Below are positions 20,172 to 30,200 of a DNA stretch of 32,000 nt, piece by piece; positions within the stretch are counted from its first letter, which is position 1, and every line of letters starts with the position of its first letter. The position numbers were made by a program, and so were the translations under genes. Below the pieces are notes generated by a model. It made no database searches. It had not been told where the DNA came from and saw nothing but the letters and a program-made list of their open reading frames with translations. The stretch comes from Escherichia coli (GTDB lineage Bacteria > Pseudomonadota > Gammaproteobacteria > Enterobacterales > Enterobacteriaceae): the NCBI RefSeq assembly GCF_041319985.1, contig NZ_CP100909.1; one strand, given 5' to 3'.

Positions 20172-20744
20172 ATGAATATTTTACCAACCGCCTACGCCTC
20201 ACGGCAAGGTGAATCACAACAAAGATATGAATCTGCCAGCAATGAACTTCAGGTAATTTATCGTGAGAATTTGGCGGCAGAACAACCTACCCAAAGCGAG
20301 AAGAAATCCGCCGTAGATATCGTGAATGAGCTACGCAGTAAAGCCGCCGCTAAAACTTCGCAGCCAGCACCGCAGCAGGAAGCACCGGAACAGGCGGAAG
20401 CTACGCAGGACGACCAACCGCAAGGGAATAAAGCTGACAGCAGCAGCGATAACCTTGATAAAGTCAGGAGCTACCGCAAATTTGAAACAGAACGCTACGT
20501 TAATGATCGCCTGTTCCGTGATGGCTTTCTGGAAGTGCTTTCCCCCGCAGCGGTGAAACTACTCCTGTTTATCGGCAGCAAATGTAATGATGATGGCGTT
20601 TGCTATCACTCGCACGAAACAATGTCGAAGATAACCGGACTGAGCGTAAAAACAATCAAGCGAACAATGCCAGAACTCATAAATAACAAACTTATCGACG
20701 TTAAGGCGGTGGCGGGCAAATCAAACCATTACCGATTGTTATAG
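20172..20744 (+). CDS. Winged helix-turn-helix (HTH_36-like) protein, replication-initiator-like (190 aa)
   Basis: RSYRKFETERYVNDRLFRDGFLEVLSPAAVKLLLFIGSKCNDDGVCYHSHETMSKITGLSVKTIKRTMPELINNKLIDVKAVAGKSNHYRLL; RBS AAAGGAG upstream. Confidence 0.8.
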   Translation: MNILPTAYASRQGESQQRYESASNELQVIYRENLAAEQPTQSEKKSAVDIVNELRSKAAAKTSQPAPQQEAPEQAEATQDDQPQGNKADSSSDNLDKVRSYRKFETERYVNDRLFRDGFLEVLSPAAVKLLLFIGSKCNDDGVCYHSHETMSKITGLSVKTIKRTMPELINNKLIDVKAVAGKSNHYRLL

Positions 20745-20763
20745 TCTGGTTAAGAAATACACT

Positions 20764-20791
20764 GAGGGGGCCGAAATGGTCCTCTTTTTTT
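20764..20791 (+). terminator. Rho-independent terminator after the HTH/Rep-like gene
   Basis: GAGGGGGCC-GAAAT-GGTCCTC followed by T7. Confidence 0.7.
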
Positions 20792-20821
20792 ATCCATACC
20801 CCCACCAAAAATGGGCTACAT

Positions 20822-20890
20822 ACCCTACCCCATAATGACCTACCACCCTACCCCAAAATGACCTACCACCCTACCCCCAAATGGCCTACG
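20822..20890 (+). repeat. Three tandem 23-bp iteron-like repeats (ACCCTACCCCAWAATGACCTACC type)
   Basis: Units at 20822..20844, 20845..20867, 20868..20890: ACCCTACCCCATAATGACCTACC / ACCCTACCCCAAAATGACCTACC / ACCCTACCCCCAAATGGCCTACG; a degenerate fourth copy (CATACCCCCACCAAAAATGGGCTA) precedes at ~20796..20819. Confidence 0.9.
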
Positions 20891-21406
20891 AAATACTCTT
20901 TTATTACTTAAAAAGTAAATACAGTGCGCTTCGCTCGTTTTTTGAGCGAACCAGATTGGATGGTTTCTTGTCCTTTCGGAAGACTTCGAGCAATCGCCAG
21001 TTTAAAAAGACGGTCTGGCAGTGATGGTTATCATCGACAGCTTTCTGAGCTACCGCACAGACACACGGCAGCAGTACGCAAACCGAAGGGAAGGCAAAGC
21101 GCAAAGGGATTGCTCACTGCAAAGCCAATGGGTTTTATCAGCGTATACAGACCAGACAGGAAACAGCAGCAAAGCAGCGTATAGCCAGATGCAGATAGCA
21201 CACTCACACGACGCACAGCAGGCTAAGGTGAACACTCCAACAGTTTTAGCCCCGCCGCCGACCAACGGAAACCATCCCGACCGTGCCAAATTCGAACGGA
21301 ATGCCACCTGGAACGCGATGAACACATCACACCGCTACACTTGCTTATCTGAAAACTTCACAGCGTCACAGAGCGTTTTAGACGCATTAGAATCGATGCG
21401 ATTCCA

Positions 21407-21808
21407 TTAAATTTTCACCAGACACCGGAACAACGCCAAGAAATCCAAAAATGGATTAATTGGAGAATCATCAACTTCCTCACGTTGAGTTAGTTCCGTA
21501 AAATCAATAACCTGCAAAATGCAGGATAAAACAGCCGACATGCGCCGCTGGCGCAGATCCTGCCATTGGTCCAAATCTGGACCAATGAAACCACACGCAG
21601 ATCCTGCCATGCCATTCCATACACCACACAGAACGCTGAGATCTGATATTACCACCGCATCATTCCACGCCAGGCGCATTAAAACGCCCCTCCCATTATA
21701 AGTGGATAGCCAGAAATTAAGGCCGTTATATTGCGATTGAGAGCGTTTAAGAGGCATCGAATTTTGATTTATTTTATATATCATTCGGGTGTTATCATTT
21801 GAATCCAT
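21407..21808 (-). CDS. Hypothetical protein (133 aa) near right end of element
   Basis: Open reading frame only; no recognised family and no clear RBS. Confidence 0.3.
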   Translation of the reverse strand: MDSNDNTRMIYKINQNSMPLKRSQSQYNGLNFWLSTYNGRGVLMRLAWNDAVVISDLSVLCGVWNGMAGSACGFIGPDLDQWQDLRQRRMSAVLSCILQVIDFTELTQREEVDDSPINPFLDFLALFRCLVKI

Positions 21809-21904
21809 CCAATTGCAGAATTGCGCTATTTGGATGTTGATTAGTTTGTGAACATTTTCACAATAAATGTTGGGTTATAGTCATTAAAACGGGATGATTA
21901 AGGG

Positions 21905-22345
21905 ATGGATGTTAGCGAAAGATTAGCAAAGGCAGGAATTACAGGCGATGCGGCGATATATGATGATTCTGATCCAGAACATCTCATGCGTTCGCGTTAC
22001 TGCGCTTTTGTGATGCAAGACGCAGATTATTTAATAAAGACCTGGCATCCATCTTGTGGAGCAGCGGCGTTACGTGCCGAATTGATTGCCGGATTTGCGC
22101 ATACTGAATGGTTGGGATTGACCGTATTTGAACATTGTTGGCAGGACGCCGACAATATCGGATTTGTCAGTTTTGTTGCTCGATTTACCGAAGGTGGCAA
22201 AACAGGTGCAATAATTGAACGTTCGCGATTTTTGAAAGAAAACGGTCAATGGTACTATATTGACGGTACACGTCCGCAGTTTGGCCGCAACGATCCCTGC
22301 CCTTGTGGTTCAGGTAAAAAATTTAAAAAGTGCTGCGGCCAATAA
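21905..22345 (+). pseudogene. ychJ: 3' part of ychJ fused in frame to an element-derived N-terminus ([21 protein letters not shown]|[11 protein letters not shown]...)
   Basis: Residues after the junction match YchJ through the C-terminal SEC-C motif ([19 protein letters not shown]); leading ~22 residues are encoded by the element. Confidence 0.9.
21969..21978 (+). repeat. Right boundary direct repeat CTGATCCAGA (probable attR core)
   Basis: Identical to 12965..12974, at the exact point where the ychJ coding sequence resumes. Confidence 0.85.
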
Positions 22346-22394
22346 TGGTTGACGGTACGGTTTAGCAAACACTCTCAACAAGGTTTTTCCAGCA

Positions 22395-23237
22395 ATGCAT
22401 TCACTCCAACGTAAAGTTCTGCGTACTATTTGTCCGGACCAAAAAGGTCTGATCGCACGTATTACCAATATTTGCTACAAGCACGAGTTAAATATCGTAC
22501 AGAACAATGAATTTGTTGATCACCGTACCGGGCGCTTTTTTATGCGCACGGAACTGGAAGGGATTTTTAATGATTCCACCCTGCTGGCGGATCTCGATAG
22601 CGCATTGCCAGAAGGCTCCGTGCGTGAGCTGAATCCTGCCGGTCGTCGCCGGATAGTGATTCTGGTCACTAAAGAAGCGCATTGCCTTGGCGATTTGTTG
22701 ATGAAAGCCAATTACGGCGGCCTGGATGTCGAAATCGCGGCAGTTATTGGTAACCACGATACTCTACGTTCTCTGGTTGAGCGTTTTGATATTCCGTTTG
22801 AGCTGGTAAGCCATGAAGGGTTAAGCCGCAACGAGCACGATCAAAAGATGGCGGATGCCATTGATGCTTATCAACCTGACTACGTGGTGCTGGCGAAGTA
22901 TATGCGGGTATTAACGCCGGAATTTGTGGCACGCTTCCCGAATAAGATCATCAATATTCACCATTCATTCCTGCCAGCGTTTATTGGCGCACGTCCTTAT
23001 CACCAGGCCTATGAACGTGGTGTGAAGATTATTGGCGCAACCGCTCACTATGTGAATGACAATCTGGACGAAGGCCCAATCATCATGCAGGACGTTATTC
23101 ATGTCGATCATACCTACACAGCTGAAGATATGATGCGCGCAGGTCGTGACGTCGAGAAAAACGTCTTAAGTCGTGCACTATACAAAGTACTGGCACAGCG
23201 CGTCTTTGTTTACGGTAATCGGACGATTATTCTTTAA
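22395..23237 (+). CDS. purU: Formyltetrahydrofolate deformylase PurU (280 aa)
   Basis: MHSLQRKVLRTICPDQKGLIARITNICYKHELNIVQNNEFVDH... ACT domain plus formyltransferase domain (IINIHHSFLPAFIGARPYHQAYERGVKIIGATAHYV). Confidence 0.98.
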   Translation: MHSLQRKVLRTICPDQKGLIARITNICYKHELNIVQNNEFVDHRTGRFFMRTELEGIFNDSTLLADLDSALPEGSVRELNPAGRRRIVILVTKEAHCLGDLLMKANYGGLDVEIAAVIGNHDTLRSLVERFDIPFELVSHEGLSRNEHDQKMADAIDAYQPDYVVLAKYMRVLTPEFVARFPNKIINIHHSFLPAFIGARPYHQAYERGVKIIGATAHYVNDNLDEGPIIMQDVIHVDHTYTAEDMMRAGRDVEKNVLSRALYKVLAQRVFVYGNRTIIL

Positions 23238-23318
23238 TCGCCAGCAAAAATAACTGGTTACCTTTAATCCGTTACGGATGAAAATTACGCAACCAGTTCA
23301 TTTTTCTCAACGTAACAC

Positions 23319-23346
23319 TTTACAGCGGCGCGTCATTTGATATGAT
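23319..23346 (+). promoter_or_regulatory. tyrT stable-RNA promoter
   Basis: TTTACA - 16 bp - TATGAT followed by GC-rich discriminator GCGCCCCGC upstream of the tRNA. Confidence 0.9.
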
Positions 23347-23396
23347 GCGCCCCGCTTCCCGATAAGGGAGCAGGCCAGTAAAAAGCATTACCCCGT

Positions 23397-23480
<84 letters not shown>

Positions 23481-23481
<1 letters not shown>

Positions 23482-23830
23482 TAATTCACCACAGCGATGT
23501 GGTAACTTCGGTGAGATTGTGAAAGTTCGCACTCATCGGGGAAGGGTGAGAACCTTCGACTAAGGTTCGATTCGAGCGAAAGCGAGAGAACGTTGCCACA
23601 GGCAACGGCCCGAAGGGTGAGGAGCGAAGCGACGAATAATCCTTCCCCCACCACCATAATTCACCACAGCGATGTGGTAACTTCGGTGAGATTGTGAAAG
23701 TTCGCACTCATCGGGGAAGGGTGAGAACCTTCGACTAAGGTTCGATTCGAGCGAAAGCGAGAGAACGTTGCCACAGGCAACGGCCCGAAGGGTGAGGAGC
23801 GAAGCGACGAATAATCCTTCCCCCACCACC
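23481..23830 (+). repeat. Two tandem 175-bp rtT-type spacer repeats containing a copy of the tRNA 3' end
   Basis: ATAATTCACCACAGCGATGTGG... through ...AATCCTTCCCCCACCACC repeated at 23481..23655 and 23656..23830. Confidence 0.92.
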
Positions 23831-23865
23831 ATCTCAAGCATTACCTCAAAATTTGAATTACCCCT

Positions 23866-23950
<85 letters not shown>

Positions 23951-24131
23951 TCACTTTCAAAAGTCCCTGAACTCTCAAGCGAATCCGCAATCAAATATTC
24001 TGCCCATGCGGGGAAGGATGAGAAGCTTCGACTAAGGTTCGGCTCGAGCGTCAGCGAGAGAGCGTTGCCGCAGGCAACGACCCGAAGGGCGAAGCGCGCA
24101 GCGCTGAGTAATCCTTCCCCCACCACCATCG
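23951..24131 (+). repeat. Diverged third rtT-type repeat downstream of second tRNA-Tyr
   Basis: Shares CGACTAAGGTTCG..TCGAGCG..AGCGAGAGA.CGTTGCC.CAGGCAACG.CCCGAAGGG and ends AATCCTTCCCCCACCACCA. Confidence 0.8.
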
Positions 24132-24267
24132 CTTCCTTAAATAATCAAAACCTGTTACTCCGAGCTAATTTTGCCCGATGGCACCACGTTTACCGGGCCT
24201 ACAATATCCTCCCCTGTAGCTCGGATAAGCGAAGCGCATCCGACAACTCACCCCGCACCGTGCCCAT

Positions 24268-24290
24268 AAAAAAACCCCGCCGAAGCAGGG
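24268..24290 (-). terminator. Rho-independent terminator downstream of narI
   Basis: Reverse strand CCCTGCTTCGGCGGGGTTTTTTT. Confidence 0.8.
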
Positions 24291-24311
24291 TCTATGTGAA
24301 CTAAAATTCGC

Positions 24312-24989
24312 TTAGTGACGAGCGCGCACCAGCTGGTACTTACGTGTCAGATACTCCACCGGTACGCTCCAGATGTGTACCAGACGCGAGAACGGGAACA
24401 GCAGGAATAACGTCATCCCCAGCACCAGGTGCAGACGGAAGATAAACGCCACACCATCGAGGTGTTGAGAAGCGCCACCGTGGAAGGTCACCACCGACTG
24501 CGCCCAGCCAACCAGTTTCATCATCTCGCTACCGTCCATATGCTGAGCGGAGAACGGAATGGTCAACAGGCCCAGCGCGCACTGGATAACGAGCAGCGAC
24601 AGGATCAGGATATCCGCTCCGGTAGTGGTTGCACGCACGCGTGGGCTGAACAGACGACGCTTCAGCAACAGCACGCCGCCAATCAGACACAGCACGCCGC
24701 TGGCACCACCAGCAAACATCGCCATTTTCTGTTTCACTTCAATCGGCAGCCAGGCTTCATACATCCAGTGCGGCGTCAGCATACCGAAGAAGTGACCAAC
24801 AAAAATCCCCAGAATACCGATATGGAACAGGTTCGACGCCAGGTTCATCCCTTTGCGATCCAGCATCTGGCTGGACGCCGCGCGCCAGGTGTACTGCCCG
24901 TAGTCATAACGCAGCCAGCTACCAATCAGGAAGACCGCCCCGGCTATGTACGGGTAGATATCAAAGAAGAACATATTCAGGAATTGCAT
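24312..24989 (-). CDS. narI: Respiratory nitrate reductase 1 gamma subunit NarI (225 aa)
   Basis: [43 protein letters not shown]... Confidence 0.98.
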   Translation of the reverse strand: MQFLNMFFFDIYPYIAGAVFLIGSWLRYDYGQYTWRAASSQMLDRKGMNLASNLFHIGILGIFVGHFFGMLTPHWMYEAWLPIEVKQKMAMFAGGASGVLCLIGGVLLLKRRLFSPRVRATTTGADILILSLLVIQCALGLLTIPFSAQHMDGSEMMKLVGWAQSVVTFHGGASQHLDGVAFIFRLHLVLGMTLFLLFPFSRLVHIWSVPVEYLTRKYQLVRARH

Positions 24990-25699
24990 TAGTGCTGTCC
25001 TCCGGTGGTGATATTCAGATATTGCGGCGCGACGGCACCGGCAAAGCGACGCTGATGAGCAGTGATTGCTGAATCACCGCAGCCTTTGTCAGCAAAGAAT
25101 TTAACCTGCTCTTCTTCCCAGACAGCATCCAGCGCCTGCGGCGTATCATCGCGCGCTTCGTCGGCAATTTTTTCCGCCACTTTGTCGCTGTCGATAGCGG
25201 TATTGGCCAATTTCAGCAGCAGATCAAACATCACGGCATAACGGCTTTCACGCTGTTGCAGACGCGCGCTCAGCAATGCCAGAATCGGCGCGATATCTTT
25301 CAAACCTTCCACGGCTTCGCTTTGCGGCAGCTGCGACAGGTACTCCAGATACAGCGGCAGATGGTCCGGTAATTCGCGGCTGTTTAACTGCAAGCCGTGC
25401 TGCTCGTACTGCGCCAGCAGGTCCACCATCGCCTGGCCGCGGTCACGGGATTCACCGTGAACATGTTCAAATAGCAACAGTGACGTGGCGCGGCCACGGT
25501 CGAACAGTTCGCTGTACTGGGCCTGGGCATCGAGCGGATCCATCGCCGTTAAATCGCGCAGGAAAATGCCCAGCGCATGGGCATCTTCTTTCGACAGATT
25601 TTTCGACGCAGCAATCGCCTCAAACATCTCTTGTTGATGCTGCCATAAGGCAGCATCCGGATATTCAAGGAGACGCGATACAATCACGAGTTCGATCAT
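24989..25699 (-). CDS. narJ: Nitrate reductase molybdenum cofactor assembly chaperone NarJ (236 aa)
   Basis: [39 protein letters not shown]... Confidence 0.98.
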   Translation of the reverse strand: MIELVIVSRLLEYPDAALWQHQQEMFEAIAASKNLSKEDAHALGIFLRDLTAMDPLDAQAQYSELFDRGRATSLLLFEHVHGESRDRGQAMVDLLAQYEQHGLQLNSRELPDHLPLYLEYLSQLPQSEAVEGLKDIAPILALLSARLQQRESRYAVMFDLLLKLANTAIDSDKVAEKIADEARDDTPQALDAVWEEEQVKFFADKGCGDSAITAHQRRFAGAVAPQYLNITTGGQH

Positions 25700-27234
25700 G
25701 GATGCGGCTCCGTTTTGCTGGTCACATCGATGGCATCGATACGACGGCTGTTGAACAGATTGAATTTGGTATCTGAACCGTGGCAGCCATCACCAAAGGT
25801 AAAGCCGCAGCCATTTTTCTCCGGGAAGGCTTCCCGTGCCAGTTCACGATGACTACTCGGCACCACAAAGCGATCTTCGTAGTTAGCAATCGCCAGATAA
25901 CGGTACATCTCCTGTGCCTGGGCTTCGGTCAGACCGACCTCTTCCAGCGCACGGGTATCAACTTTACCGTCAACGGTTTCAGCACGTTTGTAATGACGCA
26001 TCGCCAGCATACGTTTCAGTGCGCGCAGTACCGGTTTGGTATCACCGGCGGTCAGCAGATTCGCCAGATACTGTACCGGAATACGCAAGCTTTCGACGTC
26101 TGGCAGAATGCCGTTGCTACCCAGCTCACCCGCGTCTGCTGCAGACTGAATCGGAGACAGAGGCGGCACGTACCAGACCATCGGCAGTGTGCGATATTCT
26201 GGATGCAGCGGCAGCGCCAGTTTCCATTCCATTGCCATTTTATAAACCGGCGACTGCTGTGCGGCTTCAATAACGCTCAGCGGAATACCGTCTTTAATCG
26301 CCTGCTCGATGACTTTCGGATCGTTCGGATCGAGGAACACCTCCAGCTGACGCTGGTAAAGATCTTTCTCGTTCTCGGTGCTGGCTGCACGTTCAATCGC
26401 GTCGGCATCGTACAGCAGCACGCCAAGATAACGGATACGACCGACACAGGTTTCTGAGCACACGGTCGGCTGACCCGCTTCAATACGCGGATAGCAGAAG
26501 ATGCACTTCTCAGACTTACCGCTCTTCCAGTTGAAGTAGATTTTTTTGTACGGGCATCCGGTGATGCACATACGCCAGCCACGGCATTTATCCTGGTCGA
26601 TCAGGACGATGCCATCTTCTTCACGCTTGTAAATCGCACCGCTCGGGCAGGTCGCCACACATGCCGGGTTCAGGCAGTGTTCGCACAGGCGCGGCAAATA
26701 CATCATGAAGGTGTTTTCGAACTGGCTATACATCGCCTTCTGGATGTTGTCGAAGTTCTTGTCTTTCGCCAGTTTGTCAAACTCACCACCCAGGTCATCT
26801 TCCCAGTTCGGCCCTTTTTCGATTTTCGCCATCCGTTCCCCGGTAATCAGCGAACGCGGACGGGCAATCGGCTGCGATTTGCTGCCTTCCGGCGCGGTAT
26901 GCAGGTTCTGATAGTCAAAATCGAACGGCTCGTAATAATCGTCGATCCCCGGCAGATGCGGGTTAGCGAAGATTTTACCCAGCAACATGGCACGGTTACC
27001 CATGCGCGGCTGCAGTTTGCCGTTGATTTTACGGATCCAGCCGCCTTTGTATTTTTCCTGGTTTTCCCAGTCAGTCGGGAAGCCCTGACCCGGCTTGGTT
27101 TCCACGTTGTTGAACCACGCGTATTCCACGCCTTCACGGCTGGTCCAGACGTTTTTACAGGTAACTGAACAGGTGTGGCAGCCGATGCACTTATCGAGAT
27201 TCAGCACCATGCCGACTTGTGAACGAATTTTCAT
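25696..27234 (-). CDS. narH: Respiratory nitrate reductase 1 beta subunit NarH (512 aa)
   Basis: MKIRSQVGMVLNLDKCIGCHTCSVTCKNVWTSREGVEYAWFNNVE..., multiple 4Fe-4S cysteine clusters. Confidence 0.99.
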   Translation of the reverse strand: MKIRSQVGMVLNLDKCIGCHTCSVTCKNVWTSREGVEYAWFNNVETKPGQGFPTDWENQEKYKGGWIRKINGKLQPRMGNRAMLLGKIFANPHLPGIDDYYEPFDFDYQNLHTAPEGSKSQPIARPRSLITGERMAKIEKGPNWEDDLGGEFDKLAKDKNFDNIQKAMYSQFENTFMMYLPRLCEHCLNPACVATCPSGAIYKREEDGIVLIDQDKCRGWRMCITGCPYKKIYFNWKSGKSEKCIFCYPRIEAGQPTVCSETCVGRIRYLGVLLYDADAIERAASTENEKDLYQRQLEVFLDPNDPKVIEQAIKDGIPLSVIEAAQQSPVYKMAMEWKLALPLHPEYRTLPMVWYVPPLSPIQSAADAGELGSNGILPDVESLRIPVQYLANLLTAGDTKPVLRALKRMLAMRHYKRAETVDGKVDTRALEEVGLTEAQAQEMYRYLAIANYEDRFVVPSSHRELAREAFPEKNGCGFTFGDGCHGSDTKFNLFNSRRIDAIDVTSKTEPHP

Positions 27235-30200
27235 TTTACGCTCTCCTGTACCTGGTCATTGCCTTCGCCATCTAACCAGTCAATGTTCTTCATCTTACGC
27301 ACTACAACAAACTCATCGCGGTTAGAACCTACGGTGCCGTAGTAGTTAAAGCCGTATGCCAGATGGGCATAGCCGCCGATCATATGCGTCGGTTTCGGCG
27401 TGATACGGGTGACCGAGTTATGGATACCACCACGCTGTTGGGTAATTTCCGAACCAGGCAGGTTAACGATACGTTCCTGCGCGTGGTACATCATGGTCAT
27501 CCCTGCCGGAACACGCTGGCTGACAACCGCACGGGCAGTCAGAGCACCGTTGCTGTTGAATACTTCAATCCAGTCGTTATCGGCGATACCCAGATCTTTG
27601 GCATCGGCTTCACTCAACCAGACCACCGGACCACCGCGACCTAAAGTCAGCATCAGCAGGTTGTCGCTGTAGGTGGAGTGGATACCCCACTTCTGGTGCG
27701 GCGTCAGGAAGTTGAGCGCTTTTTCCTGGTTGCCGTTGGATTTCTGGCCTATCACTTCTTTCACCGAACGGGTGTCGATCGGCGGACGATAAACCAGCAG
27801 GCTTTCACCGAAATCACGCATCCACTGGTGATCCTGATACAGTTGCTGACGACCAGAGAGCGTACGCCATGGGATCAGCTCGTGAACGTTGGTGTAACCG
27901 GCGTTGTAAGAAACGTGTTCATCTTCCAGACCAGACCAGGTCGGGCTGGAGATAATTTTGCGCGGCTGTGCCTGAATATCGCGGAAGCGGATCTTCTCGT
28001 CTTCTTTATTCAGCGCCAGATGCGTATGGTCACGACCGGTAAATTCGCTCAGGGCAGCCCAGGCTTTCACGGCTACCTGACCGTTGGTTTCCGGTGCCAG
28101 TGTCAGGATCATCTCTGCCGCATCAATTGCGGTGTTCAGCATCGGCTGGCCTTTCGCCGGACCTTCCGCTTTGGTGTAGTTGAGCTTACGCAGCAGATCC
28201 ATCTCGCTCTGGGTGTACCAGGCAATCCCTTTACCGCCATTACCGATTTTCTCCATCAGCGGGCCGATAGAGGTAAAGCGTTCGTAAGTCGCCGGATAAT
28301 CGCGCTCTACGACCATAATGTGTGGCGCGGTTTTACCTGGGATCAGGTCGCACTCGCCTTTTTTCCAGTCTTTCACATCCAGCGGCTGCGCCAGTTCAGC
28401 GGCAGAGTCATGCTGGATAGGCAGCGTGACGATGTCGGTTTCTTTACCCAGATGGCCGACGCACACTTCGGAGAATTTCTTCGCGATGGCTTTGTAGATT
28501 TCCCAGTCGCTTTTCGCTTCCCAGGCCGGATCGACCGCCGCAGACAGCGGGTGAATAAACGGATGCATATCCGAAGTATTCATGTCGTCTTTTTCGTACC
28601 AGGTCGCCGTCGGCAAAATGATGTCGGAATAGAGACAGGTGCTCGACAGACGGAAGTCCAGCGTAACCACCAGATCCAGCTTGCCTTCCAGACCATTGTC
28701 CTGCCAGTCCACTTCTTCCGGCTTCACGCCGCCCTGTTGCCCCAGATCTTTACCCTGGATACCGTGCTCCGTCCCCAGCAGGTACTTGAGCATAAACTCA
28801 TGACCTTTACCGGAAGAACCGAGCAGGTTAGAACGCCAGATGAACAGGTTGCGCGGGTGGTTTTTACCGTTTTCTGGTTGTTCTGCCGCAAAACGGATGG
28901 AACCCTCTTTCAGGGATTTCACCGTATAGTCCACCGGATTCATCCCGGCTTTTTCCGCTTCGCCAGCGATAGTCAGCGGGTTAGTGCCTAACTGCGGTGC
29001 AGACGGCAGCCAGCCCATGCGTTCCGCACGGACGTTAAAGTCGATCAAGTGTCCGGTATAGCGGGATTTGTCCGCCATCGGTGACAGCAACTCTTCCGCC
29101 GTGACGGTTTCATAACGCCACTGGCTGGAGTGGTTATAGAAATAAGAAGTGCTGTTCATGTGACGCGCCGGACGCTGCCAGTCAAGGGCAAACGCCAGCG
29201 GCTGCCAGCCGGTTTGCGGACGCAGTTTTTCCTGACCTACATAGTGCGCCCAGCCGCCCCCGCTCTGACCGACACAGCCGCAGAAAATCAGCATGTTGAT
29301 CAGACCACGATAGTTCATATCGAGGTGATACCAGTGGTTCAGCCCCGCACCGACGATAATCATCGAACGACCGTGCGTTTTATCAGCGTTATCGGCAAAT
29401 TCACGGGCGATGCGAATAATCTGGCTGCGAGAAACGCCGGTAATCTGCTCGGCCCAGGCCGGGGTATAAGCTTTCACATCGTCATAGCTGGTTGCACAGT
29501 TAACGTCGTTCAGGCCACGTTCCAGACCGTAGTTTGCCAGCGTCAGATCATAAACGGTGGTCACCAGGGCGGTGCTGCCATCAGCCAGTTGCAGGCGTTT
29601 CACCGGCAGTTTGTGCAGCAGCACGTTTTCCAGTTCCACTTTGTTGAAGTGTTCCGTGCCGTCGCCACCAAAGTACGGGAAGCCTACCTCAGCGATCTCA
29701 TCCTGGCTACCCAGCAGGCTCAGTTGCAGCTCGGTTTCTTCGCCAGTTTTGCCGTCGCGCTGCTCAAGATTCCATTTGCCCTTCTCGCCCCAGCGGAAGC
29801 CAATAGAACCGTTCGGCGCAACCATTTCGCCATTGGTATTAAAGGCGACAGTTTTCCATTCCGGATTGTTTTCCTGGCCCAGCGCATCAACCAGATCAGC
29901 AGCGCGCAGCATACGACCTGCAGCGTAGTAACCGTCGCGTTCTTCCAGCATCACCAGCATCGGCATGTCGGTGTAGCGACGCACATAGTCGGTGAAATAC
30001 TGGCTTGGGTTGTCGAGGTGGAATTCACGCAGCATTACGTGGCCCATCGCCAGCGCCATTGCCGCATCGGTGCCCTGTTTCGGTGCCAGCCACAGATCGC
30101 ACAGTTTGGCGATTTCAGCGTAGTCTGGTGTGACAGCAACAGTTTTGGTCCCTTTGTAACGCACTTCAGTAAAGAAGTGAGCATCCGGGGTACGCGTCTG

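Larger units (their letters stand above)
12965..21978. mobile_element. ~9 kb integrative element inserted within ychJ (P4-type integrase; boundaries = 10-bp direct repeat CTGATCCAGA)
   Basis: ychJ reading frame is split into 12883.. and ..22345 halves; CTGATCCAGA occurs at both junctions (12965..12974 and 21969..21978); integrase gene lies immediately inside the left end. Confidence 0.92.

Noticed and set aside
20822-20890. CRISPR array or coding tandem repeat
   Set aside because: Directly abutting 23-bp units with no spacers, and the period breaks the reading frame; better explained as iterons or operators.
20932-20950. TTCGCTC-GTTTTTT-GAGCGAA hairpin as an additional terminator
   Set aside because: Stem is good but there is no T-tract after the stem on either strand, so termination is not supported; kept only as a possible structural feature of the origin-like region.
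21021-21410. 129-aa ORF in the right part of the island
   Set aside because: Composition is unlike a typical protein, it lacks a clear RBS and it overlaps other equally weak frames; insufficient to call as a gene.
12965-21978. Retron, CBASS, restriction-modification or other named defence island
   Set aside because: No reverse transcriptase, cyclase, methyltransferase or helicase signature could be recognised in any frame of the island, so no named system can be claimed.
12965-21978. Intact P2/lambda-like prophage or ICE
   Set aside because: Only ~9 kb, with no structural, terminase, lysis, relaxase or type IV secretion genes recognised.
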